Part shown: one piece after another, positions 1 to 8,877 of the stretch
Layout of the letters: each line of letters starts with the position of its first letter
How positions within the stretch are numbered: position 1 is the first letter of the stretch
Assembly: GCA_024690725.1 (NCBI GenBank)
Contig: JAILOQ010000102.1
Span: 22,100 to 86,099 of the forward strand
Direction: 5' to 3'
From: Lachnospiraceae bacterium
GTDB taxonomy: Bacteria > Bacillota > Clostridia > Lachnospirales > Lachnospiraceae
DNA: 64,000 nucleotides
Notes under the pieces: generated by a model
The model's database searches: none
Seen by the model: the letters and a program-made list of their open reading frames with translations, nothing else
What the model was told of the DNA's origin: nothing
Made by a program: the position numbers and the translations under genes

Positions 1-100
1 AAACCGCACAACTATCTACACCCGGAACAGCGTTTACCGCCTTTTCCACGCGTGCCACACAGGCTGCGCAGCTCATTCCGGTTACCTGATATTTTTCCAT
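1..100 (-). CDS. N-terminal fragment of a heavy-metal-translocating P-type ATPase or metallochaperone (HMA domain); the gene runs off the left edge
   Basis: The reverse complement of 1-100 starts with ATG at 100-98 and reads MEKYQVTGMSCAACVARVEKAVNAVPGVDSCAV. This carries the classic GMxCxxC heavy-metal-associated motif. It is too short to appear in the ORF track. Confidence 0.7.
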   Translation of the reverse strand, partial: MEKYQVTGMSCAACVARVEKAVNAVPGVDSCAV

Positions 101-230
101 TTTATGCCATCCTTTCTGTCTTAAATATTATACAACATATTTCCAAAATCCCTATGTTCTTTTTCTAAAATTATGATAAAATATGATCAAGAAGTAGCAC
201 GTTAACGGGCACGCGAAAGGAGGGCTATTT

Positions 231-536
231 ATGGCAGGCATTTCAGGTCTGTATTTTAACAGAAATATGTATGCTTCATCGCTGTTTAACAATACCAATT
301 CCTCCACTTCGGGTGTATCGTCCCTGTCCTCTCTTCTTACGGATTACAGTTCGATCAAGACAGGCGCCTACGGTAAGCTGATGAGTGCGTATTACGCACA
401 GAACACCGCCGATACTTCTTCTACCGCAGAAGCGGAAACGGAAGCGGCAGACAAAACGAAGTCCACGTATGACAATTCGGGTTCTTACAGCAGTGCATCC
501 GATATGGTTGGTACTCTTTACAGCAGCTATTTCTGA
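231..536 (+). CDS. Small Ser/Thr/Tyr-rich hypothetical protein (101 aa)
   Basis: The ATG is preceded by GAAAGGAGGG (SD) with about 7 nt spacing. A strong hairpin terminator follows. I recognise no family. Confidence 0.55.
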   Translation: MAGISGLYFNRNMYASSLFNNTNSSTSGVSSLSSLLTDYSSIKTGAYGKLMSAYYAQNTADTSSTAEAETEAADKTKSTYDNSGSYSSASDMVGTLYSSYF

Positions 537-552
537 ATTTCATTATGAAATG

Positions 553-587
553 AAAAAAGCTATCGACGAACGTCGATAGCTTTTTTT
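553..587. terminator. Bidirectional rho-independent terminator between the convergent genes 231-536(+) and 606-1241(-)
   Basis: AAAAAAGCTATCGACG-AA-CGTCGATAGCTTTTTTT is a perfect 10-bp GC-containing stem flanked by an A-run and a T-run. Confidence 0.85.
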
Positions 588-605
588 GGTTTCTTTTATG
601 TCTTC

Positions 606-1241
606 TTATTCTGCCATTGTTGTTGCCGCAACGTTTGCTTCCTGCGCAGCCTTTATGCTTGCCGCATAGTCGTCAAACAGTTTCTGCGTTGCATCATAGG
701 TCTTCTGGCTGATCTCCGGGAGCTCCTTGCCCCAGGTACCGGTTGCCATCTTGAAGCCCTTTTCGAATGCGCCGCGCATCTCTTCCATCTTATCGGCATC
801 TCCGCCGGTAAGTGCCATGGCAAAGTCAAACATTCTCTGCGACGTCTGGGCTACACCCCAGTATCCGTCTTCCGCAATGCTCGCTCTCGCCTCGGCTCTG
901 GTCGCCTCATCCACTTCGAATTCGCCGTTCGCCAGCTTCTTCCACATGTCATCGCTCAAACCGATGGCCTGTCCCTGATCGCCGAACATCTTCTGAACCA
1001 AGCTGGTCATCTGATCGATCCGGGCCTGTGCGTCCGCCTTCAACTGCGATACGATAGCGGTTCTGTCTTCCTTGGTCATTGCAGCCGCTTTTTCCTTTCC
1101 TGCCGCAGAAGCCTCAAACGTTACCGCTGCCTTGGCTGTTTTATCTTCAGCCGGTTCGGTCACTTCGGTCTTCACCGCAGGTGCGGAATAATTGCTGTAT
1201 GCATCCGTATAGACGTTGCTCACTCCGTTTACTGCACTCAT
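606..1241 (-). CDS. Hypothetical protein (211 aa) with an Ala/Glu/Lys-rich N-terminal half and a conserved-looking C-terminal domain (DGYWGVAQTSQRMFDFAMALTGGD)
   Basis: The ATG is preceded by GGAATGGAGGTG (SD). A sigma-28-type promoter lies upstream. I cannot name a family. Confidence 0.7.
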   Translation of the reverse strand: MSAVNGVSNVYTDAYSNYSAPAVKTEVTEPAEDKTAKAAVTFEASAAGKEKAAAMTKEDRTAIVSQLKADAQARIDQMTSLVQKMFGDQGQAIGLSDDMWKKLANGEFEVDEATRAEARASIAEDGYWGVAQTSQRMFDFAMALTGGDADKMEEMRGAFEKGFKMATGTWGKELPEISQKTYDATQKLFDDYAASIKAAQEANVAATTMAE

Positions 1242-1350
1242 GTTACACCTCCATTCCTTTGGTCAGTTACAAGGGAAATCCGTTTCCCCGCCTACGTGTT
1301 CCGACAGTTTCCTGTCCTTATATAAGAGCGGTTACCCGCTTTCATATCAT

Positions 1351-1378
1351 ATATCGGATATGTCCGACACTTCTTTTA
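1351..1378 (-). promoter_or_regulatory. Candidate sigma-28 (SigD/FliA-type) promoter for the 606-1241 gene
   Basis: The minus strand reads TAAA-N16-TCCGATAT. The B. subtilis SigD consensus is TAAA-N15-GCCGATAT. The element lies about 110 nt upstream of the ATG at 1241. Confidence 0.5.
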
Positions 1379-1382
1379 CCGG

Positions 1383-3521
1383 TCACTCCTCATCATCCAA
1401 AGAGACATTGCTGATATCAATGTCCAAAGAATCCAGATCCAGAGAATCCAGATCGATCTTTCCGTCCGCACCGATACCGAGCTTTGCTTTCAGATCGGCT
1501 CCGTCTTCCGCGGGAGCTTCTTCTGCTGCTTCCCCGGCTGCTTCGGCAGGAACTTCTGTGGCTGCCTCTGCAACTTCTTCCGGAGCTTCTTCTGCTGCCT
1601 CAGCTGCTTCTTCAACTGCCTCCTCGGCTGCCTCAGCCGGTGCACCCTCTGCTTCTTCCGCTTCGATCATGGCCATGATCCTGGCTGCTGCCGCTGCCTT
1701 CATGGCTCTTGCCGCCTCTTCCGCACTCTGCGGTTCGCGGTTGATCTCTTCGGTTACTTCTTCTTTTGCTACCGATACGGCCTCTGCAACCTCTTCGGTC
1801 ACTTCTTCCGCCGCCTCTTCCACTGCTTCGACCGCTTCCTCGGCTGCCTCCACAGGAACCTCTTCTACGGCTTCCGGTGCTTCTGCCGCTTCCCCGGCAG
1901 GAATCTCTTCTACGGCTTCCGGCGCTTCTGCGATTTCTGTCGTAACTTCCTCTGCTGCTTCCACAGGAACTTCTGTGGCTGCCACGTCTGCCGCTTCCGC
2001 TGTTCCCTCGGCCATTTCCGCTTTCATATTCAGATCGTCATCATCAAGTTCCACACTGCTTAAGTCAAGTCCCAAAGCGGAAAGGTCCAGATTATCCAGA
2101 TCCAGTCCACCGCTGGTAATATTCAGCTGATCACGCAATGCAGCGGCATCCACATTTGCCGCGGGCGCGACCGTTTCGGCAACACCGGTTCCATCCATAG
2201 GGATGGTGTCCGAAAAGCCGTCGCTGAGAAGATCCATATCTTCGCCCAGACTCTCGTAACTGATCTGGAACTTCGCGATCTCCTCATTCAGATGCTTCAT
2301 ATTCTCGCGCGTACTCTGGAACTCATCAAAGATGCTATCCGAATGCATCTTCAAAGAAAGTGAGCTGTTCGCGATGGAATCGGTACTCTGTGCACCTTCG
2401 TTTGCGTTCTTTCGGATATCTTCCACAGACTGCATTAAGATCGTTACGTCTTTGTTCAATCCGTTTGCGATGATGGCAAAGTCTGCTACCATATCGTCCA
2501 TGAATCCGGCATCTTTACCGTAGTTCACTGCCGCATTCGCAAAACTGTCAAATGTGATCGGAAGATCGTCCGTAATGAAATCCAAGAGTCGCTTGGTATC
2601 ATCCGCCAGACGGTTTACCGCTTCCTGCACGGATGCCGTAATGGCATCGATCTGTACAACGGTCTCTTTGGACTGATCGGCAAGCTTTCCGATCTGGTTC
2701 GCTACCACGGCGAATCCGCGTCCGCTCTCACCGGCTCTGGCCGCTTCGATCTGTGCGTTCAACGAAAGAAGGTTGGTCTCCTGTGCCACCTTCATGATGG
2801 CTTCGGAAAGAACGTGGATTTTCTTTACAACTTCGATATCGCGAAGCGCCACTTCCAGGTTCTCCTTCAATTCATTGCTGAGCGCCTCTGTCTTCTGTCT
2901 GGTCACCGCAGCCTCAGACTTGATCTTGGTGGCACGGGAATAAATATTGCCGACCTCCAAAACGCCGCTCTTGGCTTTGGATGCGATGTTCTTTGCCGCC
3001 GTATCGATATCTTCACTCATCTCAGCCAGATGATCCGCACTGCCGGCCGTTGTCATCATACCTTCCGCCAGATCATCCGCATTGTTCGATACATCACTGA
3101 TCTCATCGTTTAAGTTTGTAATATCCTTGCCGATCGTAAGCAACGTCTTATCCATGGACTGGACCTGATTGTCCACACGACCGACCAGGGTATTGATGTT
3201 CTCTTTTAAGGTCTTTAAGTTATTGCCCAGGAAACCGAAGTCATCTTTTCTGGCCAAAAGTCTCGGAGAAATATCGTCTCGGAAATTTCCCTGCGCCAGT
3301 TCGTTGATGATCTCATTGAACTTTCCCAAAGCACTCATAATACTCTGATAGATGAAAAATGCCAGCGCCACAGAAGCGGCGATCAAGATCAGTGCCAATA
3401 TAATGGTAATGGCTTTGATCTTCCCGACCGATACCGATGATACGATCACCAGTAGGAGAATACTGAAGATGTCAACCCCCGCCAGCAACATAATCTTGTA
3501 TTTCATGTTCAGATTATCCAT
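1383..3521 (-). CDS. Methyl-accepting chemotaxis protein with two TM helices joined by a very short loop, a HAMP domain, an MCP signalling domain and a long acidic C-terminal extension
   Basis: The highly conserved MCP hairpin sequence is present ([37 protein letters not shown]). A HAMP-like segment follows TM2. I chose the start at ATG 3521 (MDNLNMKYK) because GGGGAGG lies 6 nt upstream. The longer track start at 3557 has no SD. Confidence 0.9.
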   Translation of the reverse strand: MDNLNMKYKIMLLAGVDIFSILLLVIVSSVSVGKIKAITIILALILIAASVALAFFIYQSIMSALGKFNEIINELAQGNFRDDISPRLLARKDDFGFLGNNLKTLKENINTLVGRVDNQVQSMDKTLLTIGKDITNLNDEISDVSNNADDLAEGMMTTAGSADHLAEMSEDIDTAAKNIASKAKSGVLEVGNIYSRATKIKSEAAVTRQKTEALSNELKENLEVALRDIEVVKKIHVLSEAIMKVAQETNLLSLNAQIEAARAGESGRGFAVVANQIGKLADQSKETVVQIDAITASVQEAVNRLADDTKRLLDFITDDLPITFDSFANAAVNYGKDAGFMDDMVADFAIIANGLNKDVTILMQSVEDIRKNANEGAQSTDSIANSSLSLKMHSDSIFDEFQSTRENMKHLNEEIAKFQISYESLGEDMDLLSDGFSDTIPMDGTGVAETVAPAANVDAAALRDQLNITSGGLDLDNLDLSALGLDLSSVELDDDDLNMKAEMAEGTAEAADVAATEVPVEAAEEVTTEIAEAPEAVEEIPAGEAAEAPEAVEEVPVEAAEEAVEAVEEAAEEVTEEVAEAVSVAKEEVTEEINREPQSAEEAARAMKAAAAARIMAMIEAEEAEGAPAEAAEEAVEEAAEAAEEAPEEVAEAATEVPAEAAGEAAEEAPAEDGADLKAKLGIGADGKIDLDSLDLDSLDIDISNVSLDDEE
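1386..2125 (-). repeat. Low-complexity, internally duplicated coding region that forms the acidic Ala/Glu/Val/Pro-rich C-terminal tail of the MCP
   Basis: There is a DNA direct repeat CTCTTCTACGGCTTCCGG(T/C)GCTTCTGC at about 1858-1935. AGGAACTTCTGTGGCTGCC also occurs twice, near 1548 and near 1961. The protein repeats are EAPEAVEE(I/V)P and AATEVP(V/A)EAA, flanked by LDLDxLDL motifs. Confidence 0.8.
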
Positions 3522-3660
3522 TTTTTGCCTCCCCGACATGCATCGACGACAGAGCATCCCTTCTCACTCCGTCCGGCGAATTCTGCCATACATTTTTTAA
3601 ATACCCGAACTTTCACCCTTCTTTTATTCATTTTACAGGAAAAGCCCTATAAAATCAACA

Positions 3661-3688
3661 AAAGAGATACCAAAATCGATATCTCTTT
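3661..3688 (-). terminator. Hairpin downstream of the cpsD-like gene; possible terminator
   Basis: AAAGAGATA-N10-TATCTCTTT forms a 9-bp stem. The U-tract on the minus strand is interrupted (TGTTGATTTT), so this is only a moderate call. Confidence 0.45.
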
Positions 3689-3695
3689 TGATTTT

Positions 3696-4394
3696 TTATC
3701 TCTTTGTTTCTTTTCCGTAATATTTTCCGTAATACTTTCCGTAGTACCGTCCGTAATAGCTGTTTTGCGACATATCCACCTTGTTTAAGACGACACCGAG
3801 GATCCTTGCGTTTGCCACCTTTAACTGTTCTAACATCTTACGTGCGTAACGATAACTGATCTGGCCCGCACTCATTACCACGACCATGCCGTCGCAGACC
3901 TTGGAGATCACCGCGGCATCGATCACGCTCCCTAACGGGGGTGTATCGATAATAACGATATCAAATACCTGCTTTGCGTCTTTTATCAAGGTCGTAAAAT
4001 TTTTTCCGCCCAGTAACTCACTGGGATTGGGCGGCACCGGCCCCGCAAATGTCATGTAAAAGTTTTCTACATTCGTAGCACAGATGATATCCACCAATTC
4101 CTTCTTATACGCCAGACAATTCGTAAGTCCGTACCGGATCTTTCCACGTTTATGCCTGGCCTGCATCACGGATTTTCTCAGATCCGCATCGATAAGAAGT
4201 ACCTTTCTTCCCGCATCCGCAAACGAAAGAGCCAATTCATAAGAAACACTGCTCTTTCCCTCTCCGGGAGTTGCGCTCGTGATCCCGATCACCTGCGTTT
4301 CTTCTCCGGAAAATTCAATGTTTGTTCTTAATGTTTTAAAGGCCTCCTGGGCTCTGAAATCAAGTTCATCACGTTTAATCTCTATCGATTGCAT
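3696..4394 (-). CDS. CpsD/CapB-family bacterial tyrosine kinase (BY-kinase catalytic subunit)
   Basis: The protein has Walker A (TSATPGEGKS), Walker A' (LLIDADLR) and Walker B (IVIIDTPP). It also has a C-terminal tyrosine cluster, YYGRYYGKYYGKYYGK. An AGGGG SD precedes the ATG. Confidence 0.9.
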   Translation of the reverse strand: MQSIEIKRDELDFRAQEAFKTLRTNIEFSGEETQVIGITSATPGEGKSSVSYELALSFADAGRKVLLIDADLRKSVMQARHKRGKIRYGLTNCLAYKKELVDIICATNVENFYMTFAGPVPPNPSELLGGKNFTTLIKDAKQVFDIVIIDTPPLGSVIDAAVISKVCDGMVVVMSAGQISYRYARKMLEQLKVANARILGVVLNKVDMSQNSYYGRYYGKYYGKYYGKETKR

Positions 4395-4405
4395 AATCCG
4401 CCCCT

Positions 4406-5311
4406 TTACAACTGTGAATCCACCTCATCCAGATCTACGATCTGAATGGTACCCGTATTTGCAACTGCAGGCTTCGGTTTTTTCAACTCATCCTTGCGGT
4501 CGTCTTCGCCCATCAGCGGATAGATCGGTTTCGGCTGTTCCAAATATTCATTCATATACTCAGCGGCGTTTCTTGCCGTCTTTTTCTTCTTTTTCTTCTT
4601 TTTCTTTTTGCCTGTCCCTTCATCAAATAAAGGGATCAATGCAAGAGTACTGACACCCAGATAATGCTCCACGTCTTCCGATGTTTTAATGGTATCATCC
4701 ACAAGATATTTCAAAAAAATGACTGCGGCACTGAAAAGAAAACCGATCATAATGCCGATCTCGGCCCATTTCACGGACGAGGGTCCCGCCGGCCGTTTGG
4801 GATAATTCGCACGGTCTACCACATTCACCGCTTCGGAATTCATCACGTTTTTGATATGCTCCGAAGCCACGGCACAAATGGCATCCGCCAGCTTTTGCGC
4901 CAGCGCCGGATCCTGATCGGTCACCGTGATATGCACAATTCTCGTATCCGTCACATTGGAAACGGAAACCTTGTCAAGGAGCTGTTCGTACTCAAGATCC
5001 AAACCGAATTCCGCGATCACGGATTCGAGTACATAACGGCTTGTGATCAATTGTTCATAGTCCTTGGTCAGCTGCGTCGCAAGCTGCGTGTCACTCAGCG
5101 TAACTGCAGTATTATCGGACTTATTCAGAATATATACGCCTGTCGTGGATTTGTAATACGGTTGCTGCGTATACTTACACAACAAAAAACCTGCCGCTCC
5201 CGCCAGGATCGTACAAATGATGACAAACCAAAGATAATGCCAAAACAGCTTCAATATCTCCGTAAGGTCGATTTCGATTTCTTCATTCGCATCTTTTAAA
5301 TTCATGTCCAT
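4406..5311 (-). CDS. CpsC/Wzz-family chain-length determinant / tyrosine-kinase modulator with an extended C-terminal tail containing a K10 tract
   Basis: It has two TM helices flanking a Wzz-like extracellular domain, and it sits between the cpsB-like and cpsD-like genes. I set the start at ATG 5311 (MDMNLKD) because the longer track ORF would overlap the cpsB-like gene. Confidence 0.8.
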   Translation of the reverse strand: MDMNLKDANEEIEIDLTEILKLFWHYLWFVIICTILAGAAGFLLCKYTQQPYYKSTTGVYILNKSDNTAVTLSDTQLATQLTKDYEQLITSRYVLESVIAEFGLDLEYEQLLDKVSVSNVTDTRIVHITVTDQDPALAQKLADAICAVASEHIKNVMNSEAVNVVDRANYPKRPAGPSSVKWAEIGIMIGFLFSAAVIFLKYLVDDTIKTSEDVEHYLGVSTLALIPLFDEGTGKKKKKKKKKKTARNAAEYMNEYLEQPKPIYPLMGEDDRKDELKKPKPAVANTGTIQIVDLDEVDSQL

Positions 5312-5319
5312 GTATCCGC

Positions 5320-6021
5320 CTAAAAGAATTTCCTTCCGTTTTTGCTCATGATCCGATCCACATATGCCCCGTCGTATTTTCTCTCCAGGATCTTCCTGCA
5401 CTCCCGCATGCGCGGAGCACGATTCTTTGTGTCATGGGCATCGGTCGAAATGTATTCCACCATCTCTTCTTTGAACAGTTTCTTTAAAAACTGTCTTGTC
5501 ACAAATCCGGGATTCTTTGTGACCGTCCCGGAATTGACCTGCAATTTCACTCCCATCTCCGCAAGTTTTTCCGCATAGGAAAACTTCCGGACGATACAGT
5601 CATAACGCTCCACATGTGCCAATACCGGGATCAGATCGTTGGCACGGATCTCATAAAGAGCATTTTGAATGACACGGAAATCCTCCATGGGATGAAACTC
5701 TACCAAAAGATGATCTGTACCTGCCAAGGTCAGTATCTTACCGGCTTCCAGATCATCCATCATTCCGTCAAAATAAAAAATCTCATGCCCCAGGGCCAGA
5801 TGCATGAATATTCCTTCTTCTTCCGCCCTTTGAGCGATCTCGTTTTTTCTCGCACGAAGCGTTTCTATGCTTGCATTATCCTTCCAACTTTTATAATGGG
5901 GCGTGAGGATCACATGTGTGACCCCCTCGTCCCTTGCAGTTTTTAGCATGCTAAGACTCGTCCCGATACTGTCGGATCCGTCATCTACGCCGTATAAAAC
6001 ATGACAATGCATATCAACCAT
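5320..6021 (-). CDS. CpsB/YwqE-type PHP-family protein-tyrosine phosphatase
   Basis: The N-terminal MVDMHCHVLYGVDDGS motif and later His/Asp metal ligands (TPHY, AHVERY, STDAH) are typical of CpsB. Confidence 0.85.
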   Translation of the reverse strand: MVDMHCHVLYGVDDGSDSIGTSLSMLKTARDEGVTHVILTPHYKSWKDNASIETLRARKNEIAQRAEEEGIFMHLALGHEIFYFDGMMDDLEAGKILTLAGTDHLLVEFHPMEDFRVIQNALYEIRANDLIPVLAHVERYDCIVRKFSYAEKLAEMGVKLQVNSGTVTKNPGFVTRQFLKKLFKEEMVEYISTDAHDTKNRAPRMRECRKILERKYDGAYVDRIMSKNGRKFF

Positions 6022-6024
6022 AAG

Positions 6025-6702
6025 CTATTTCTTCAATACTCTTCTTGCGCTCAAAAGCATACCGGCTGCTGCCACTGCCAGGATCAGAACCGCATAAGGA
6101 AGTGCATTTCCCGTCTTGGGAGCTGCCTTTGCTCCGGCATTGCTGAGCTTTACGACTGCGATCGGAGAAAGACTCGGTGTCTTGAAGCTGACCGAACCGT
6201 TTCCTACCGCGGTAGGCTTGATCAGATCCCAGCCGGAGGTCTGATGCAACACGATCACATTGTCACCGGAAGATATTCCCGGAACATTCAGCGTTACGGA
6301 GTAGTTTCCGTCCGCATCCTTCGTTGCGCTGTTCGGCGAAACATCCACAACGGTAGCGATCTTTGCGCTTACCTTCGCGCCACTGTCACCGGCCAAAGCG
6401 GTCAAAGTGGAATTTCCGAGAAGTTTTCCCAAGGTGGAAAGGTCATTCAACAGAGCCTGTACCTTGGTTACCGCGCTGGCTACAACCGCATCGGAAACTG
6501 CTGCAACGGTAAAACCGTCGGAAACCGATGTCTTGGACGCATAGTTCGATCCGGTATCCGGTGCGTCTACGCTTGTTGCGGCCGTCTGCCCGGGAGCAGG
6601 CGCGCTGGTCGTCTGTGTCGTGGGGCTTGCGGCAAACGCCGGAACACAAGTAGCCCCGAGCACACAAAGTGCCATTACCATGGATAAAATTTTCTTTTTC
6701 AT
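6025..6702 (-). CDS. Secreted cell-wall-anchored surface protein with a sortase sorting signal (APKTG + TM + RRVLKK)
   Basis: The signal peptide is MKKKILSMVMALCVLGATCVPAFA. A Thr/Ser/Ala/Pro-rich segment follows it. The C-terminus reads AAPKTGNALPYAVLILAVAAAGMLLSARRVLKK. A strong SD (AGGAGGGG) precedes the start. Confidence 0.8.
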   Translation of the reverse strand: MKKKILSMVMALCVLGATCVPAFAASPTTQTTSAPAPGQTAATSVDAPDTGSNYASKTSVSDGFTVAAVSDAVVASAVTKVQALLNDLSTLGKLLGNSTLTALAGDSGAKVSAKIATVVDVSPNSATKDADGNYSVTLNVPGISSGDNVIVLHQTSGWDLIKPTAVGNGSVSFKTPSLSPIAVVKLSNAGAKAAPKTGNALPYAVLILAVAAAGMLLSARRVLKK

Positions 6703-6765
6703 ATTCCCCTCCTGTATTTGAAATATGTTTATTTATATATTGGTCACCCAATTGTTACCGTTTTT

Positions 6766-7860
6766 TTATTCCGGAACCTCTTCATAAAAGAGTTCCACGA
6801 TCAGATCTTCCAAAGACTTCTTCACAAGATAATACTCCTTGAATTCATCGCCCTCCATGATCTTTCCTTTCGGAGAGACAATGTTCTCGACATCCACATG
6901 ATAGTCCATGAATTCCGTCGCCATATAGGTAAACTCCGACAGATCCACATCGGTCACCATGTGATCGGAGAGCACATCGTAAAGCCCCATCGCGGTCCCC
7001 ACGTTTCCCGCTATCGTTCTTTTTACAGCGGGGACAAAGGCCGTAAGATACTGCTTCTGGCGTTTCAGTCTTCGCTCATTCGAATCCACAAGGCTCCAGT
7101 CACGGTTCCTGACATATTCATATGCCTGCTCCCCCGTCAGAGTGACGACGTCTCCCTCATGAATCCCGTATTTCTTTGCCCAGCCGCCTACATCCTCAAG
7201 AACGGTGACTTCCACACCGCCGACGGCATCGTTCAATTCTTCGATGGCATCCATCCCGATCGCCACATAGCCGTTGATGGGAATGCCCAAAAACAAGCGG
7301 CTTACCGCATTCGCCTGACGCTCGCAGCTTTCTTCCCTGCCGTCACCGTAACCGTGCTGCAGTGCGATCTGCTTTTGGAATGTACCGAGGTAATTTCCTT
7401 CCCGGTCCCAGGTATCCACCGCCGTCATGGTGTTTCGGTTAATGGCAACGATCTTTATCTCTTCCGTATGCGGATCGATCACCAGTAAAAACAGCGCATC
7501 CGCCTGCCCGCCGGCGAGGTTATCTTCTGCTTCACCGGCAGCTTCTGTCGTCGATCCTGTCGTCGATTCCGTCGCCGATCCATCTGCCGAAAGCGACTCC
7601 TTGTCGATCCCCATCATCAAAATGGTGATCAAATCTTCATTCAGTTCATATACACGCCCCTTGTGACGGAGCTGTCCTTCTTTGAGCTCTTTCGCTCCGG
7701 CCGGCTCTTCACTTTCGATCTCGATCCGGGTCTCGGTAACGATGGATTTCCGCAGACGTTCTTTGCCCATGTGGCGCAGCACGCTGTAGGTTCCCGCTGC
7801 GATCGCCGTAAACACCAGCACCATACAGAGAATGACAAGCGCAACTTTTCTTTTCTTCAA
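6766..7860 (-). CDS. LytR-CpsA-Psr (LCP) family protein
   Basis: It has an N-terminal TM anchor and an LCP core (ILMMGID...ADALFLLVIDPHTEEIKIVAINRNT...). It starts at a TTG 3 nt after the sortase stop, with GAGG 8 nt upstream. Confidence 0.8.
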   Translation of the reverse strand: MKKRKVALVILCMVLVFTAIAAGTYSVLRHMGKERLRKSIVTETRIEIESEEPAGAKELKEGQLRHKGRVYELNEDLITILMMGIDKESLSADGSATESTTGSTTEAAGEAEDNLAGGQADALFLLVIDPHTEEIKIVAINRNTMTAVDTWDREGNYLGTFQKQIALQHGYGDGREESCERQANAVSRLFLGIPINGYVAIGMDAIEELNDAVGGVEVTVLEDVGGWAKKYGIHEGDVVTLTGEQAYEYVRNRDWSLVDSNERRLKRQKQYLTAFVPAVKRTIAGNVGTAMGLYDVLSDHMVTDVDLSEFTYMATEFMDYHVDVENIVSPKGKIMEGDEFKEYYLVKKSLEDLIVELFYEEVPE

Positions 7861-7863
7861 CCT

Positions 7864-8736
7864 CTAGTCCTCTTTGGGATTCAGCAAAACACCCGTCACC
7901 AAAAAGCGAAGGTTTTCATTGCTGTCCTTCGTACACGTCGACAACGTCAAGATCCGATCTCCGGCTTTGACGTCTACTCCCTCTTTCATATGCACGATCC
8001 GCCCCGTCTCATTGTGATAAAGGCGATTGATAAAATCATCAAATACGTAGTCGTTCGAAAAATCGTAATTGTCCAGAAGATGCGCGCTTGAATACTCATA
8101 TGCGCCGAAGATCTCATAGACATACGTGTAGTCCTTTGTATAAATGTAGATGAAGTGATCCTTGGCAAAGAAGGTCTTTTCATCATCGAAATTATGGAGC
8201 GTGGAAAACATCGTGTGATCCTTTAAGTTATGCCCGTAGATCACGGTATGCGGATCCGAAAAGTCTTTTTTGTTATAGCCGGCTTCCGTATACAGACACC
8301 CCGGATAACCGACGGAACCGTCCAGATTACCGTTCAGATAAAAAGTATCATCCGTCGGATGCTGCAAAACGGGATAATCCACCGTTGTGTCATCCACGAC
8401 GATCCATGCATAAATATGCGGATTCTGTTCAGAAAGCGCGCTCCAGTCGATTTCCTTATCGGGAATCGTAATCCCCCTCTCTTTTAAAACATCCTTTTCC
8501 TCCGGCATTTCTTCCTGCTGCCGGCTCTGTACCGGTTTTTCTTTTTTCTTTTCGCTCTCTTCCGTTTCGGGTTCTTTCGTTTCCTTCGAAACATTCTCCT
8601 GCATCAGAGCAAATGCTTCTTCCGCTTCCTTCTTTGTTTGCTTCTCGTAAAACACAACACCGGTCGCCACCGCCGCAATGACAAGAAAGAGCATCATACA
8701 GACGAGCCAAACACGGATCTTTCCTTCTTTTCCCAT
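7864..8736 (-). CDS. srtB: Class B sortase with an N-terminal TM anchor and a long charged linker
   Basis: The motifs HTVIYGHNLKDHTMFSTL and RILTLSTCT, together with the FGAYEYS...Y pattern, are typical of SrtB-type sortases. Confidence 0.85.
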   Translation of the reverse strand: MGKEGKIRVWLVCMMLFLVIAAVATGVVFYEKQTKKEAEEAFALMQENVSKETKEPETEESEKKKEKPVQSRQQEEMPEEKDVLKERGITIPDKEIDWSALSEQNPHIYAWIVVDDTTVDYPVLQHPTDDTFYLNGNLDGSVGYPGCLYTEAGYNKKDFSDPHTVIYGHNLKDHTMFSTLHNFDDEKTFFAKDHFIYIYTKDYTYVYEIFGAYEYSSAHLLDNYDFSNDYVFDDFINRLYHNETGRIVHMKEGVDVKAGDRILTLSTCTKDSNENLRFLVTGVLLNPKED

Positions 8737-8877
8737 ATGATCATCGTCTCCGACCGTGACTTTTCAATTATCTTTGTGGGTATCGTTGGTTAGAATACTT
8801 AAAAAACAGAAATGAAAATAAAGCGTCCCCTAAGTCTCCCCATACTCCCCATAATGACTCAATTTACACGCAAATAG

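Noticed and set aside
104-230. A possible CopY/CsoR operator (AAATAT-N8-ATATTT and a TACAACATA-like sequence) between the metal-ATPase fragment and the 231-536 gene.
   Set aside because: It does not match the TACAnnTGTA cop box or a GC-rich CsoR site. Short AT-rich repeats like this are expected by chance in a promoter region.
1216-2130. A 304-aa Ser/Ala-rich ORF on the plus strand.
   Set aside because: It is the antisense shadow of the GAA/GCN-rich acidic tail of the minus-strand MCP. It has no SD, and its composition is explained entirely by the opposite strand.
4580-4609. Whether the lysine-run coding tract is a slippery homopolymer or phase-variation site.
   Set aside because: The tract is a mix of AAA and AAG codons (CTTTTTCTTCTTTTTCTTC... 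on the plus strand), not an uninterrupted mononucleotide run.
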